Shown here piece by piece: positions 51,392 to 61,672 of a stretch of DNA of 64,000 bases. The stretch lies in contig JAJSAC010000073.1 in the NCBI GenBank assembly GCA_024274915.1, forward strand, positions 878 through 64,877. Reading direction: 5' to 3'. The stretch's first letter is position 1. Every line of letters starts with the position of its first letter. The notes below the pieces were generated by a model. The model was given only the letters and a program-made list of their open reading frames with translations, did not search any database and was not told the origin of the DNA. Source of the DNA: Thermodesulfobacteriota bacterium. GTDB lineage: Bacteria > Thermosulfidibacterota > Thermosulfidibacteria > Thermosulfidibacterales > B14-G1. A program made the position numbers and the translations under genes.

Positions 51392-51673
51392 TTACTCATG
51401 GGCACGGTGTCCAGCCAGCTTCTCATGGCCTGGAAGACTGCCTCTGACCACAGGCCGTCCAGATGGTGTTGTGGCCCTTTCGATTTTGCTGAAGGCGGTG
51501 CCCAGGGCCAGCATGGGCACCAGGGATAGGATGAGGGCATAGGTGGGGGCGCTGGCCCTGAGGGTGATGGCGTCTTTCTTGAACTCCCGGTAAACTATGG
51601 AGATTATCCTCAGGACGACCTTGAGGAAGGCCCTTCCCCGGGGGGCATGGGGGGGAGGGGCTCCCAGACCCAC
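51392..51673 (-). pseudogene. remnant of a YihY/BrkB-family membrane protein gene
   Basis: [41 protein letters not shown] matches the N-terminal ~45 residues and first TM of YihY/BrkB proteins (about 280-300 aa). The rest is missing, and the xth start follows immediately. Confidence 0.45.
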
Positions 51674-51737
51674 TGCCAGAGTCCCTTCTCCTTGGATTTC
51701 ACCAGGGGGATCAGTCCCGAGGGCTGTTCCTTCATGG

Positions 51738-53462
51738 CTATTTTCCGAAGAGGCCCTTGATGCCCTTCAGGGGGCTCTCCTTCTTATTGGAGGGGAGGAG
51801 TCCCTGGAGGGCCTTCCCGGCTTCACCTTTGAGGCCCTCTTTCACCATGCTCAAATCGGGAGTGGGGACGGGGGCTGTAAGGGTTCCCGAGAGTTTTATG
51901 GGCACGATGGTCCAGCCCTTTTCCTGACCTAGGTATTTGGCGAAAGAGACCTTCTTCTTCAGTTTATCCCCCAGTTTGGGGGATAGCTTGAGGACCAGAG
52001 GCAGGTTGAGGGAGCCGTCCAGACCCAAGGTACCCTGGGTTTTCATTTTTATGTCCTGGCTGGAGAGGGCGCTTTTCAGGAGGACCTTGCCCTTCTCCAC
52101 TTTGTAGTTTCCGTCTATCTCCTGGAAGGCGAGGTTCTTCAGCTCGTCCAGGTCCAGGAGGGCGGCCACCTTGTTTATGGCGGGAAAGTCCAGGAACTGA
52201 CCGTCTTTCAGGGAGAAGACCCCCTGGGCCGTAAGGTACTTCTTCATGATCTCCCACTGGCTTCCCCTCCCCGAGAAGGTAGCCCGGGTGTTGAACTTCC
52301 CCGTCACCATGCCCTTGCCCCTGGCCATGAGGGCCGTGGTGAGGGCACCCATGTCCACGCCTTGAACCTGGAAGGCCCCCTTGTAGGCCATGAGGGGGTC
52401 ATTGAGGTCCACCTGGACCTCCTTTTTAACCGTTCCCTGGGTCACTTTGACCAGGGCGTCCTTCAGGGTGAAGATGCCGTCTTTGAACCGGTAATTACCC
52501 TGGATGTCCTCCATTTTCAGCCCCTTGTACAGGGCCTCCCTCACCTTGTACTCCCCCTTCACTTCCAGCTTGGGGGGAGAAGTTTCCTTTCCCTGGGCCC
52601 TGGCCCCCTTTCCCCTGGCCTGGGTCTTCCCCTTAGGGAGCTTTTTGGGCACCTCCATGAGCTTGTCCAGGTGGAGGATGGGGCTGTAGATGTTGAGGAT
52701 GATGGAGGGGTTGGCGGAGTAGTTCACCACCTGGCCCGACAGGGTGATGGTATCTCCCTCCAGCTGGATATCCGTTTTGTAGGTGAGTTTCTGGGGGGTG
52801 AAGGTCAGATCGCCCTTCACCTGGCTCTTCACCTGGCCATAGACCGCCTGGGCCAGGAAGTCCGACTTGCCCGAGAAACTCATGGCCCCCTGGGCCGTCA
52901 TGGAGAGGGCCACACGGGCGTTAGCCGTTAAATCGGTGTCGGGGATCTCCCCCAGGGCGTCTTTCACAAGGGCGTGGACCCTCTTCACCTGGATACTCTT
53001 GATGGTCAGAGGCCAGGGGCTGGAAGCTTTCTTCCCTTCCTTGCCCGAGGAGGAGGACCCTTTTTTCTTCTGGAGGGGCCCCAGACTCTCGTAGTTGAAG
53101 TGGCCCCGGGCGTCCCTGTAGATGCGGACGTAGGGATCCACCAGGAGGATCTTGCTTATGACGATCTCCTTCTTCAGCAGGGGGAGGAGCTTATATTTGA
53201 GGATGAACTCCTTCACCCTGAGAAAGTCTTCCTTGCCGTCGGCTTTCTTCACCACCAGGTTGGTGAGGGTGACCCCTTTGAAGAGGCTCACGTTGATCTT
53301 CCCCAGGGAGACCTTGCGCTGGAGGACCTTTTCCGCAGGAGGGATGAACATGTTCTTCACCCTTTCCGGGGTGAGGTAGGTCTTGATGGCAAAGTTGAGG
53401 CCTATGACGGCGATGACGGCCACCACCACCAGGCCTATGAGGAACTTGAAGAGCTTACCCAT
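51738..53462 (-). CDS. AsmA-family outer-membrane biogenesis protein
   Basis: N-terminal anchor MGKLFKFLIGLVVVAVIAVIGL, AsmA-like N-domain (KVSLGKINVSLFKGVTLTNLVV) and a long beta-rich body. The start is set at ATG 53462. Confidence 0.8.
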   Translation of the reverse strand: MGKLFKFLIGLVVVAVIAVIGLNFAIKTYLTPERVKNMFIPPAEKVLQRKVSLGKINVSLFKGVTLTNLVVKKADGKEDFLRVKEFILKYKLLPLLKKEIVISKILLVDPYVRIYRDARGHFNYESLGPLQKKKGSSSSGKEGKKASSPWPLTIKSIQVKRVHALVKDALGEIPDTDLTANARVALSMTAQGAMSFSGKSDFLAQAVYGQVKSQVKGDLTFTPQKLTYKTDIQLEGDTITLSGQVVNYSANPSIILNIYSPILHLDKLMEVPKKLPKGKTQARGKGARAQGKETSPPKLEVKGEYKVREALYKGLKMEDIQGNYRFKDGIFTLKDALVKVTQGTVKKEVQVDLNDPLMAYKGAFQVQGVDMGALTTALMARGKGMVTGKFNTRATFSGRGSQWEIMKKYLTAQGVFSLKDGQFLDFPAINKVAALLDLDELKNLAFQEIDGNYKVEKGKVLLKSALSSQDIKMKTQGTLGLDGSLNLPLVLKLSPKLGDKLKKKVSFAKYLGQEKGWTIVPIKLSGTLTAPVPTPDLSMVKEGLKGEAGKALQGLLPSNKKESPLKGIKGLFGK

Positions 53463-53812
53463 GACAAAGCCTCTGTTGCTTAATATCACACGTGTCTAGT
53501 TGGTAACGCTGCCGAAGACCTTCTTCAGGAGGTCCGTGGTCCGGGCAGCGGGTTTCTCCCAGATCTTCTCCTGTCAAGGACTTGTCCGTATCCCAGATGC
53601 TGGCTCGGGAAGGAACAGACAGGACGAGGGGGAGGACTGTTCTTAGAGAGGGACAAAGGGTCCTGGCGCCGCGATAACGTTTCATTAAACACCTCTTTCA
53701 ACAAAAGAACCTCTTACTCCTACCACAGGAGAGGATGAGTGGACCATAGTTTTTTGTCTTTTATTTGGGGGAGGTCCTTTTCCTGACGTTGGAAGCTTGA
53801 CCGGTTTTTCCT

Positions 53813-54706
53813 CTACCCCTCCCGTACCATAAGCCCCACCATCTCCACGTGGCCCGTGTGGGGGAACATGTCCAGGGGTTGGAGAAAGGTGAGACGGTAG
53901 CCCTTCTCCTTCCATTGGGCCATATCCCGGGCCATGGTGGCGGGGTCGCAGGAGATGTAAATGATGGCCTGGGGAGCCAAGTTGCCTATGGCCTGTCGCA
54001 CAGGGGGCGTGCAGCCTGTGCGGGGGGGATCTAGAATGATCAGGGAGAAGTTGCTATCTGCGAGCTTCTCTAAGGCTTTCTCGCAGGAAGTCTCAAGAAC
54101 GTCCATCTCAGGGGGCAGGTTTTCCCTTAGAAGTCGGGCCGAGGGGGTGTGGCCCTCCACGGCTGTCACCTTTGCCCCTTCTTTGGCCAGGGGTACGGTG
54201 AAGGTCCCCACCCCAGCGTATAGCTCCAGCATAGGTCCTTCCATCCAGGGCCTGGCTTGCTCCAGGACTGTGGCAGCCAGTTTATCCCTCAGGTACCGGT
54301 TGTTCTGGAAGAAAGTGTCGTGGCCCACCAGGAGTTTGTGGCCTAGGATCTCCTCTTCCATGGCCTTGGGGCCCAGGTGACTCACCTTTCCTTTCCACAG
54401 GACCCGGAGGCCCACCCTGGTGCCGGTGTCCTCCTTGAGGGCGTGGAAGATGTTGTGGATGGCCTCCAGGCGCTCTCTACTCTTCATGGACACTAAAAGG
54501 GCACCTTCGTCGCCTCGGGCGAAGAGGTCTATCTCTCCCACCTTCTTGAGCTCCTTGAGGTGGTGGTAGAAGACCAGAAGCCCCTTATTCATGTTGGAGG
54601 TCATGACGGGGCAGTGGCCCAATGGTACTACCTGGTGGCTCTTCTCCTGGTAGAAGCCTATCTGACCCTTGAACACCCGTAGCTTGGCCCGGGTACGGTA
54701 TTCCAT
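53813..54706 (-). CDS. RumA/RlmD-type 23S rRNA (uracil-5)-methyltransferase, C-terminal 297 aa (separated from its N-terminus by an in-frame TAG)
   Basis: It has the fourth Fe-S ligand region LGHCPVM, the SAM motif LELYAGVGTFTV, DPPRTGC and the catalytic YISCDPATMARD. Confidence 0.8.
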   Translation of the reverse strand: MEYRTRAKLRVFKGQIGFYQEKSHQVVPLGHCPVMTSNMNKGLLVFYHHLKELKKVGEIDLFARGDEGALLVSMKSRERLEAIHNIFHALKEDTGTRVGLRVLWKGKVSHLGPKAMEEEILGHKLLVGHDTFFQNNRYLRDKLAATVLEQARPWMEGPMLELYAGVGTFTVPLAKEGAKVTAVEGHTPSARLLRENLPPEMDVLETSCEKALEKLADSNFSLIILDPPRTGCTPPVRQAIGNLAPQAIIYISCDPATMARDMAQWKEKGYRLTFLQPLDMFPHTGHVEMVGLMVREG

Positions 54707-54715
54707 GTTGGGAGC

Positions 54716-55051
54716 CTAGGGGATAATGGGTCGGGCAGTCTCCTCCTTTTCTATGATCTTTCTCAATTCCCTCTTCACCAAGGCTTCTTTGGCCTCCAGC
54801 TGTACCTGATATCCTATGTGGAGCCACTGGCATCCCCCGCACCTGCCAAAGACGGGGCAGGGGGGAGAGACCCGATGGGGGGAGGGCTCCACTATTTCCA
54901 GGGCACGACCAAAGGCGTAGTCACTGTGGTCCTCGGTGATCTCCACCTCCAGGATGTCTCCGGGTACCCCATAGGGCACGAAGACCACCTTTCCTTCCCA
55001 GCGCCCCAGGCCGTATCCTCCCAGGGCCAGGGTCTCTATCTCTATGCGCAT
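54716..55051 (-). CDS. RumA/RlmD-type methyltransferase, N-terminal TRAM and Fe-S part (111 aa)
   Basis: TRAM fold (IETLALGGYGLGRWEGKVVFVPYGVPGDILEVEI) and the cluster motif CPVFGRCGGCQWLH. It ends at TAG 54718-54716, in frame with the ORF below. Confidence 0.8.
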   Translation of the reverse strand: MRIEIETLALGGYGLGRWEGKVVFVPYGVPGDILEVEITEDHSDYAFGRALEIVEPSPHRVSPPCPVFGRCGGCQWLHIGYQVQLEAKEALVKRELRKIIEKEETARPIIP

Positions 55052-55175
55052 ATCTTATCTCCTTGGGTTTTTGGATTGAGGAAGGTATCACCTTGGCCCA
55101 GTTTGGGGAAGGTCCGTACGAGGGGGCCTGGGTTCCTCAAACCTTGGATTTCAGATCTCAATCTTGCGAGGAGAG

Positions 55176-55208
55176 CCCGTGGGGGATTGGAGCCAATCCC
55201 CCACGGGC
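55176..55208 (-). terminator. perfect 15-bp stem hairpin downstream of the lipoprotein gene
   Basis: CCCGTGGGGGATTGG-agc-CCAATCCCCCACGGG, with no T-run on either strand. Confidence 0.45.
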
Positions 55209-55242
55209 CTTTGGCCTAAACCTTTCGCCCTTCACCCCCCGA

Positions 55243-56046
55243 CTACTTCCCGTCAAAGAGGGACCAGGGACCCCGGTGCTTGGCGAAATAAACAGCCTTG
55301 TTCTTCTCTTGGGAGCTGAAGTCCCGAGGGATGGTGAAGGCCTGCCCGGGATAGATGAGGTCAGGATCGTGGATTTGGGCCTTGTTGGCCCAGTAGATGA
55401 GAGGCCACATGAAGGGGTTCCCATAGATCTGGGGGTAGCTGGAGATGATCCACAGGCACTCCCCTTTCTCTGTCACGTGGGTTGAAGGTTTAGCCCGTCT
55501 TTTTTCCAGCTCCCGAGCCAGTTCTTCTTTGACCTTGGTGGCTGCCTCTTTGGCCTTGAGAGCTAACTGGGCGGCCTTGTCGGCCTTTTTCTTGCTCTGG
55601 AGAAAATTTTCCCTTTGGAAGTCCTTCTGGGCTTCTGCCAGGAGATTAGTTGCTGATTGAAAGAGGTCAGGGGCATACTGAGGTGCTTCGGCCTCCCTGG
55701 CTTCTGCCAGAGCCTGCTGGGCCCTTTTAATGGCCTTCAGGGCCTCTGCCCTGGCTAGGAGTTTTGCCTTGAGGGCTGCTTCTTTGGCCTCTTGGGCTTT
55801 TTGCTGGGCCAGCTTCACCGTTTTCCACGATTTTTGGCATTCCGTTTTGGTTTCGGCTTCTGCTTGGGAGAGGAGGTTTTCCGCCTCTTTGTACTTTTCA
55901 GGGGCATAGGTGGGTGCTCCTGCTTCCTGGGCCTCCATTAGTTGGGCCTTGGCCAGAGAGACCTCCTTCACGGGAGGACGGCAACACCCCCCCAGCAGAA
56001 GGGCCAAGGATAGGAGAAGGGCCAGGAGTCCTATCTTTCTTTTCAT
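55243..56046 (-). CDS. lipoprotein with DUF4398-like helical repeats and a C-terminal LysM-like domain
   Basis: Lipobox LALLLGGC, repeated A/K/E-rich modules (GAPTYAPEKYKEAENLL and EAPQYAPDLFQSATNLL), and a C-terminal ...CLWIISSYPQIYG...IYPGQAFTIP. Confidence 0.75.
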   Translation of the reverse strand: MKRKIGLLALLLSLALLLGGCCRPPVKEVSLAKAQLMEAQEAGAPTYAPEKYKEAENLLSQAEAETKTECQKSWKTVKLAQQKAQEAKEAALKAKLLARAEALKAIKRAQQALAEAREAEAPQYAPDLFQSATNLLAEAQKDFQRENFLQSKKKADKAAQLALKAKEAATKVKEELARELEKRRAKPSTHVTEKGECLWIISSYPQIYGNPFMWPLIYWANKAQIHDPDLIYPGQAFTIPRDFSSQEKNKAVYFAKHRGPWSLFDGK

Positions 56047-56148
56047 CTTACCACCTCCCGGGAGAAGATTTTTATCCTACAAACGGGGCCCCCTCTTCCC
56101 AGGAGAGAGGAAGGGGTACCCGCTGTGTCGAAGAGTACTGAAGTAAAT

Positions 56149-57915
56149 TTATTTCTCTTCGGGAGTGGCCGTCAACTTAATTTTTAGCTCTTTCAGTTGC
56201 CTCTCGTCTACAGGGGAAGGGGCGCCTGTCATGAGGCACTGGGCCTTCTGGGTTTTGGGAAAGGCTATGACCTCTCTGATGGATTCGGCCCTGGTGAGAA
56301 TGGCCATCACCCTGTCAAAGCCCAGAGCGATGCCGCCGTGGGGAGGGGCGCCGTATTCCAGGGCTTCCAGGAGAAACCCAAACTTGACCCTGGCTTCTTC
56401 CTCGCCGATTCGCAACAGGTCGAAGATCTTCTTCTGGATGTCCCTCCTGTGGATCCTGATGGACCCTCCGCCAATCTCCTGGCCGTTGAGGACAATGTCG
56501 TAGGCCTTGGCCCTTACCTTGAGGGGATCTGTGTCCAGGAGGGGCAGGTCTTCGTCCATGGGTGAGGTGAAAGGGTGGTGCACGGCCACGTAGCGTTTCT
56601 CCTCTTCGTCCCAGTCCAGCAGGGGAAAGTCTACAACCCACAAAGGGGAGTAGGTATCCTCGGGGATGAGGTCCAGGGCATTGGCCACCTCCAGGCGCAG
56701 ACGGCCCAGGACGTCGGCTACCCTCTCTTCTTTGTCGGCGGCCAGGAAGATCACATCTCCCTCCTGGACTTGGAAGGCCTCCTTCAGACCTTCCGCCTCG
56801 CCCGAGGAGAGGTATTTCAATAGATTGGACTGGAGTCCTTGGTCCGTCACTTTTATGGAGATGAGGCCCCTGGCGCCGAACTCCCGGGCCCTCTTGCCCC
56901 AGTTGTCCAGCTCCTTCCTGGAGAAGCGGGCACCGCTGGGGGCCTTGAAGCCGCGGATGATACCGCCCTTTTCCAGGGTCTCTTTGAAGGCAGTGAATTT
57001 CGTGGATTCGAAGAGCTGGGAAACGTCCTGGATGAGGAGCCCGAAGCGGGTGTCGGGCCGGTCAATGCCGTATTTGAGCATGGCTTCCTTGTAGCTCATG
57101 ATGGGGAATTTCTCGGGGAGCTCCACGTCTATAAGCTCGAAGACGGTGCGCACAATGCCCTCCACCACTTCCATAACGTCTTCCCGCTCCACGAAGGACA
57201 TCTCCAGGTCTATTTGGGTGAACTCTGGCTGGCGGTCGGCTCGGAGGTCTTCGTCCCGAAAGCACTTGACGATCTGGTAGTAGCGGTCGAAACCGGCCAC
57301 CATAAGGATCTGCTTGAAAAGCTGGGGTGACTGGGGCAGGGCGTAGAACTTGCCGGGATTCACCCTGCTGGGTACCAGATAGTCTCTGGCCCCTTCGGGG
57401 GTGGACTTGGTAAGGAAGGGGGTTTCTACATCTATGAAGCCCAGGCTGTCCATGTACTGGCGGATGGCCATGGCCGCCCTGTGGCGGAGTTTCATGTTGT
57501 GCTGCATCCAGGGACGTCGCAGGTCCAGATAACGGTAGGTGAGACGGACCTCCTCAGAGAGGTCCTTGTCGTCCAATCGAAAAGGGAGGGTCCTGGCGGT
57601 ATTGAGGACCTCTACCTCAGTGGCCACTACCTCTATCTCCCCCGTCTTCAATTTGGGATTCTCAGTGCCGGGGGGACGGCGGCTCACCTTGCCTCTTATC
57701 CGCAGGACAAATTCGCTTCTGATCTCACGAGCCCTTTCGTGAACTTGGGGGCTTACTTCGGGGCTGAAGACCACCTGGACCAGCCCCTCCCGGTCCCGCA
57801 GGTCTACAAAGGTGACGCCTCCGTGGTCCCTCCGTCGGTTGACCCATCCTTCCAGCACCACCTCTTCGCCGATCATACCGGCGTGCAATTCCCCACAGTA
57901 GCAGGATCTCTTCAA
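56149..57915 (-). CDS. aspS: aspartate--tRNA ligase
   Basis: RSCYCGEL...GWV, FVDLRDREGLVQVV, QSPQLFKQ, FRDEDLRADRQPEFTQID and GGGSIRIH. The TTG start overlaps the hisS stop (TTGA). Confidence 0.96.
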   Translation of the reverse strand: MKRSCYCGELHAGMIGEEVVLEGWVNRRRDHGGVTFVDLRDREGLVQVVFSPEVSPQVHERAREIRSEFVLRIRGKVSRRPPGTENPKLKTGEIEVVATEVEVLNTARTLPFRLDDKDLSEEVRLTYRYLDLRRPWMQHNMKLRHRAAMAIRQYMDSLGFIDVETPFLTKSTPEGARDYLVPSRVNPGKFYALPQSPQLFKQILMVAGFDRYYQIVKCFRDEDLRADRQPEFTQIDLEMSFVEREDVMEVVEGIVRTVFELIDVELPEKFPIMSYKEAMLKYGIDRPDTRFGLLIQDVSQLFESTKFTAFKETLEKGGIIRGFKAPSGARFSRKELDNWGKRAREFGARGLISIKVTDQGLQSNLLKYLSSGEAEGLKEAFQVQEGDVIFLAADKEERVADVLGRLRLEVANALDLIPEDTYSPLWVVDFPLLDWDEEEKRYVAVHHPFTSPMDEDLPLLDTDPLKVRAKAYDIVLNGQEIGGGSIRIHRRDIQKKIFDLLRIGEEEARVKFGFLLEALEYGAPPHGGIALGFDRVMAILTRAESIREVIAFPKTQKAQCLMTGAPSPVDERQLKELKIKLTATPEEK

Positions 57916-59183
57916 AACTCGACCTCCTTTTTTATGTACCTCGCCAGCCCCTCTAGGTCCCCCAAGGGCCTTTCCTCTTGGGAGCCCTCTTTCATGTTTC
58001 TCACTATGAGGGTTCCTCGGGCCAATTCATCTTCTCCCAGGATGATGGCCAGAGGAGCCTTTATCTTGTCGGCCCTGCGCAGCTGGGCCTTGAGACTCTT
58101 GGGCTGGTGATTCATCTCCAGTCGAACTCCCTTCTTCCTCAAGGCCAAGGCCAGCTTAAACCCTTCCTTTATGGCCTCCTCTCCAAGAAGAGCCAGGTAG
58201 CAGTGGAAGGGGGTTCCCCGGGTCCAATCCCCCTTTTTCTCCAGGAGTAGCACCGTTCTCTCTACCCCTACGGCGAAGCCTACGCCGGGAATGTCCTTGT
58301 CCCCGATCTGCTTCAGCAGATCGTCGTATCGGCCCCCTGCTGCAACGGCGTTCTGGGCCCCCAGGTGGGTGGTGGTGAGCTCAAAGACCGTCCTGGTGTA
58401 GTAGTCCAAACCTCTAACCAGCCTGGGGTTGGTAAGGTATTCCACCCCCAGGGCATCCAAATAAGCCAGGGTCTCCTTCTGGTATTGCCTGCAATCTTGG
58501 CACAGGTGCCGGGAGATGTGGGGGGCGTCCCTTAGCACCTCTTGGCAACTCTCTTCTTTGCAGTCCAATACCCTCAAGGGGTTTCTCTCCCTTCTCCTCT
58601 GGCAATCGGGGCATAGGAGGTCTTTCACCCTCTCCAGGAACTCTACCAGGGATTCTCTGAAACGGGGGCGGCACTCCCGACACCCCAGGGAATTGATTTC
58701 CAGGGTGGTGAGGTGGCGGATGCCCAACCTTTCATAGAGGGTGTCTAAAAGGGAGATTACCTCGGTGTCCAGGCTGGGACTTACATAGCCGAAGGCCTCC
58801 ACGTTCAGCTGGTGGAACTGGCGAAGGCGGCCTGCCTGGGGGCGCTCGTGGCGAAACATGGGGCCGAAAAAGAAGTATTTGCCCACGGGATCGCTATGGT
58901 ATAAAGCGTGTTCTAGATAGGCCCGAGCCATGGAAGCCGTTGCCTCGGGCCTCATGGTGACGCTCTCTCCTCCTTTGTCCCGGAAGGTATACATCTCTTT
59001 CTCCACTATGTCCGAAGTGTCCCCCAGGCTCCGTTTGAATAGCTCTGTCTTTTCCAAAACAGGTATCCTCAGCTCCGAGTAGCCAAAAGCCTCGAAGAGG
59101 CGGCGGGCCTCTTCTTCTACCTTCCTCCAAAGGGGCATCTCTTGAGGCAGTATGTCCCGGAACCCTTTGACGGCCTTGATCAT
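57912..59183 (-). CDS. hisS: histidine--tRNA ligase
   Basis: KGFRDILP, FGPMFRHERPQAGRLRQFHQ, AAGGRYD and a C-terminal anticodon-binding domain. Confidence 0.96.
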   Translation of the reverse strand: MIKAVKGFRDILPQEMPLWRKVEEEARRLFEAFGYSELRIPVLEKTELFKRSLGDTSDIVEKEMYTFRDKGGESVTMRPEATASMARAYLEHALYHSDPVGKYFFFGPMFRHERPQAGRLRQFHQLNVEAFGYVSPSLDTEVISLLDTLYERLGIRHLTTLEINSLGCRECRPRFRESLVEFLERVKDLLCPDCQRRRERNPLRVLDCKEESCQEVLRDAPHISRHLCQDCRQYQKETLAYLDALGVEYLTNPRLVRGLDYYTRTVFELTTTHLGAQNAVAAGGRYDDLLKQIGDKDIPGVGFAVGVERTVLLLEKKGDWTRGTPFHCYLALLGEEAIKEGFKLALALRKKGVRLEMNHQPKSLKAQLRRADKIKAPLAIILGEDELARGTLIVRNMKEGSQEERPLGDLEGLARYIKKEVEF

Positions 59184-59382
59184 TTTTCCCTCCCTGTATT
59201 CTGCCCCGTAATAAAACCGGTGGGGAACGGTGTCAAGCTCTTCTCGGGCAGGTCCGTCCGAGGAACCCCTGCCCCGTCGGGGGTAGGGGATTCCACCCGA
59301 GTTGGTTGGTCTCCCTTGAGGATGGGGACCAGGGGGGTTACCTTTACAAAGGAGTCCTTAGATCATGTAGGGGGTCCATTGA

Positions 59383-60447
<1,065 letters not shown>

Positions 60448-60448
60448 C

Positions 60449-61672
60449 ATGTTGAGCTGTAAAACCATAGAGGACTTCGACCTCAGGGGCAGGAGGGTCT
60501 TTATCCGGGTGGACTACAATGTCCCTCTGGACGAGGCGGGGAACGTCACTGATGATTCTCGTATCAGGAGATCTCTGCCCACGGTGAACTACGCCTTAGA
60601 TCACGGAGGTCGGGTGATTCTGGCCTCCCATCTGGGGAGACCTAAGGGTAAACCCGAGCCCAAACTGAGTCTGAAGCCTGTGGCGGTAAGGCTTTCCCGT
60701 CTCTTGAACAAAGAGGTGAAGTTTGCCCCCGACTGTATAGGATCCCAAGTGGAGGAGATGGTGGAAGCCCTTCAGCCGGGGGAAGTTCTTCTGTTGGAGA
60801 ACCTGCGCTTCCACCCGGGAGAGACAAAGAATGATCTCCAGTTTGCCCGGGAACTGGCCCGGTTGGCCGACGTTTACATCAATGAGGCCTTTGGCACGGC
60901 CCACCGGAGGCACGCCTCCACTTATGGCATAGTCCAGTTTGTGGAGGCGGCGGGCATCGGCTTTCTCATGAGGAAGGAGATAGAGTACTTTGAAAGGGCT
61001 CTGGTGGATCCCAGGAGGCCTCTTTTGGCCGTCATAGGGGGCGCCAAGGTCTCCACAAAAATAGGTATCTTGGAGAGCCTTTTGGAGAAGGTGGATAAGT
61101 TGGTCATTGGTGGAGCGATGGCTTTCACCTTTTACCGGTATCTGGGCTGGCCCACGGGGAAGTCTCTGGTGGAAGAGGAGATGGTGGATGTGGCGGGCCG
61201 GGTGATGAAGCGGGCGTGGCAGAGTGGGGTGAAGCTCTACATTCCTGTAGATGTGGTGGTGGCTTCTGGTTTGTCGCCTCAAGCGGAGAGTAGGACGGTT
61301 CCCTGCCAGGAGATACCCCGAGATTGGATGGGCCTGGACATTGGCCCTGCCACCATCACCCTCTTTGAAGAGGTGATTTCCGATACCCAGACCATCATCT
61401 GGAACGGTCCCATGGGGGTCTTTGAGATGGAGAAGTTCAAAAGCGGCACGTTCTCCGTGGCCAGGGCCATAGGTCGTTCGTCGGCCCTCTCCATAGCAGG
61501 TGGAGGAGATACCGATGTGGCCATCAGTCGGGCAGGGGTCACTGATCAGATATCCTACATCTCCACGGGAGGAGGGGCCTTTCTGGAACTCTTGGAGAAG
61601 GGGACTTTGCCCGCCTTGGAGATTCTCAAAGGGAAGGGGGGTAGCCATGAGGAGACCTTTCATAGCCGGTAA
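60449..61672 (+). CDS. pgk: phosphoglycerate kinase
   Basis: VFIRVDYNVPL, ASHLGRPKG, FGTAHRRHAST and STGGGAFLE. Its 3' end overlaps tpiA by 26 nt. Confidence 0.96.
   Translation: MLSCKTIEDFDLRGRRVFIRVDYNVPLDEAGNVTDDSRIRRSLPTVNYALDHGGRVILASHLGRPKGKPEPKLSLKPVAVRLSRLLNKEVKFAPDCIGSQVEEMVEALQPGEVLLLENLRFHPGETKNDLQFARELARLADVYINEAFGTAHRRHASTYGIVQFVEAAGIGFLMRKEIEYFERALVDPRRPLLAVIGGAKVSTKIGILESLLEKVDKLVIGGAMAFTFYRYLGWPTGKSLVEEEMVDVAGRVMKRAWQSGVKLYIPVDVVVASGLSPQAESRTVPCQEIPRDWMGLDIGPATITLFEEVISDTQTIIWNGPMGVFEMEKFKSGTFSVARAIGRSSALSIAGGGDTDVAISRAGVTDQISYISTGGGAFLELLEKGTLPALEILKGKGGSHEETFHSR

Noticed and set aside
50560-51540. N-terminal extensions in the ORF track: xth to 51540, tpiA from 61500, HDAC from 4857, purH from 9884, glmU from 28163, hybrid kinase from 37281, vWA from 16543, asd to 4850.
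   Set aside because: In each case a downstream ATG has a canonical AGGAGG-type RBS at proper spacing and matches the conserved family N-terminus. The extensions overlap neighbouring genes or non-coding DNA.
53490-53812. A 320-nt spacer between the AsmA-family gene and the rumA-like gene as a possible small-RNA locus or gene remnant (ORF 53455..53685).
   Set aside because: The ORF translation has no coding character and I could find no convincing secondary-structure or family motif. It is left unassigned rather than reported as a feature.
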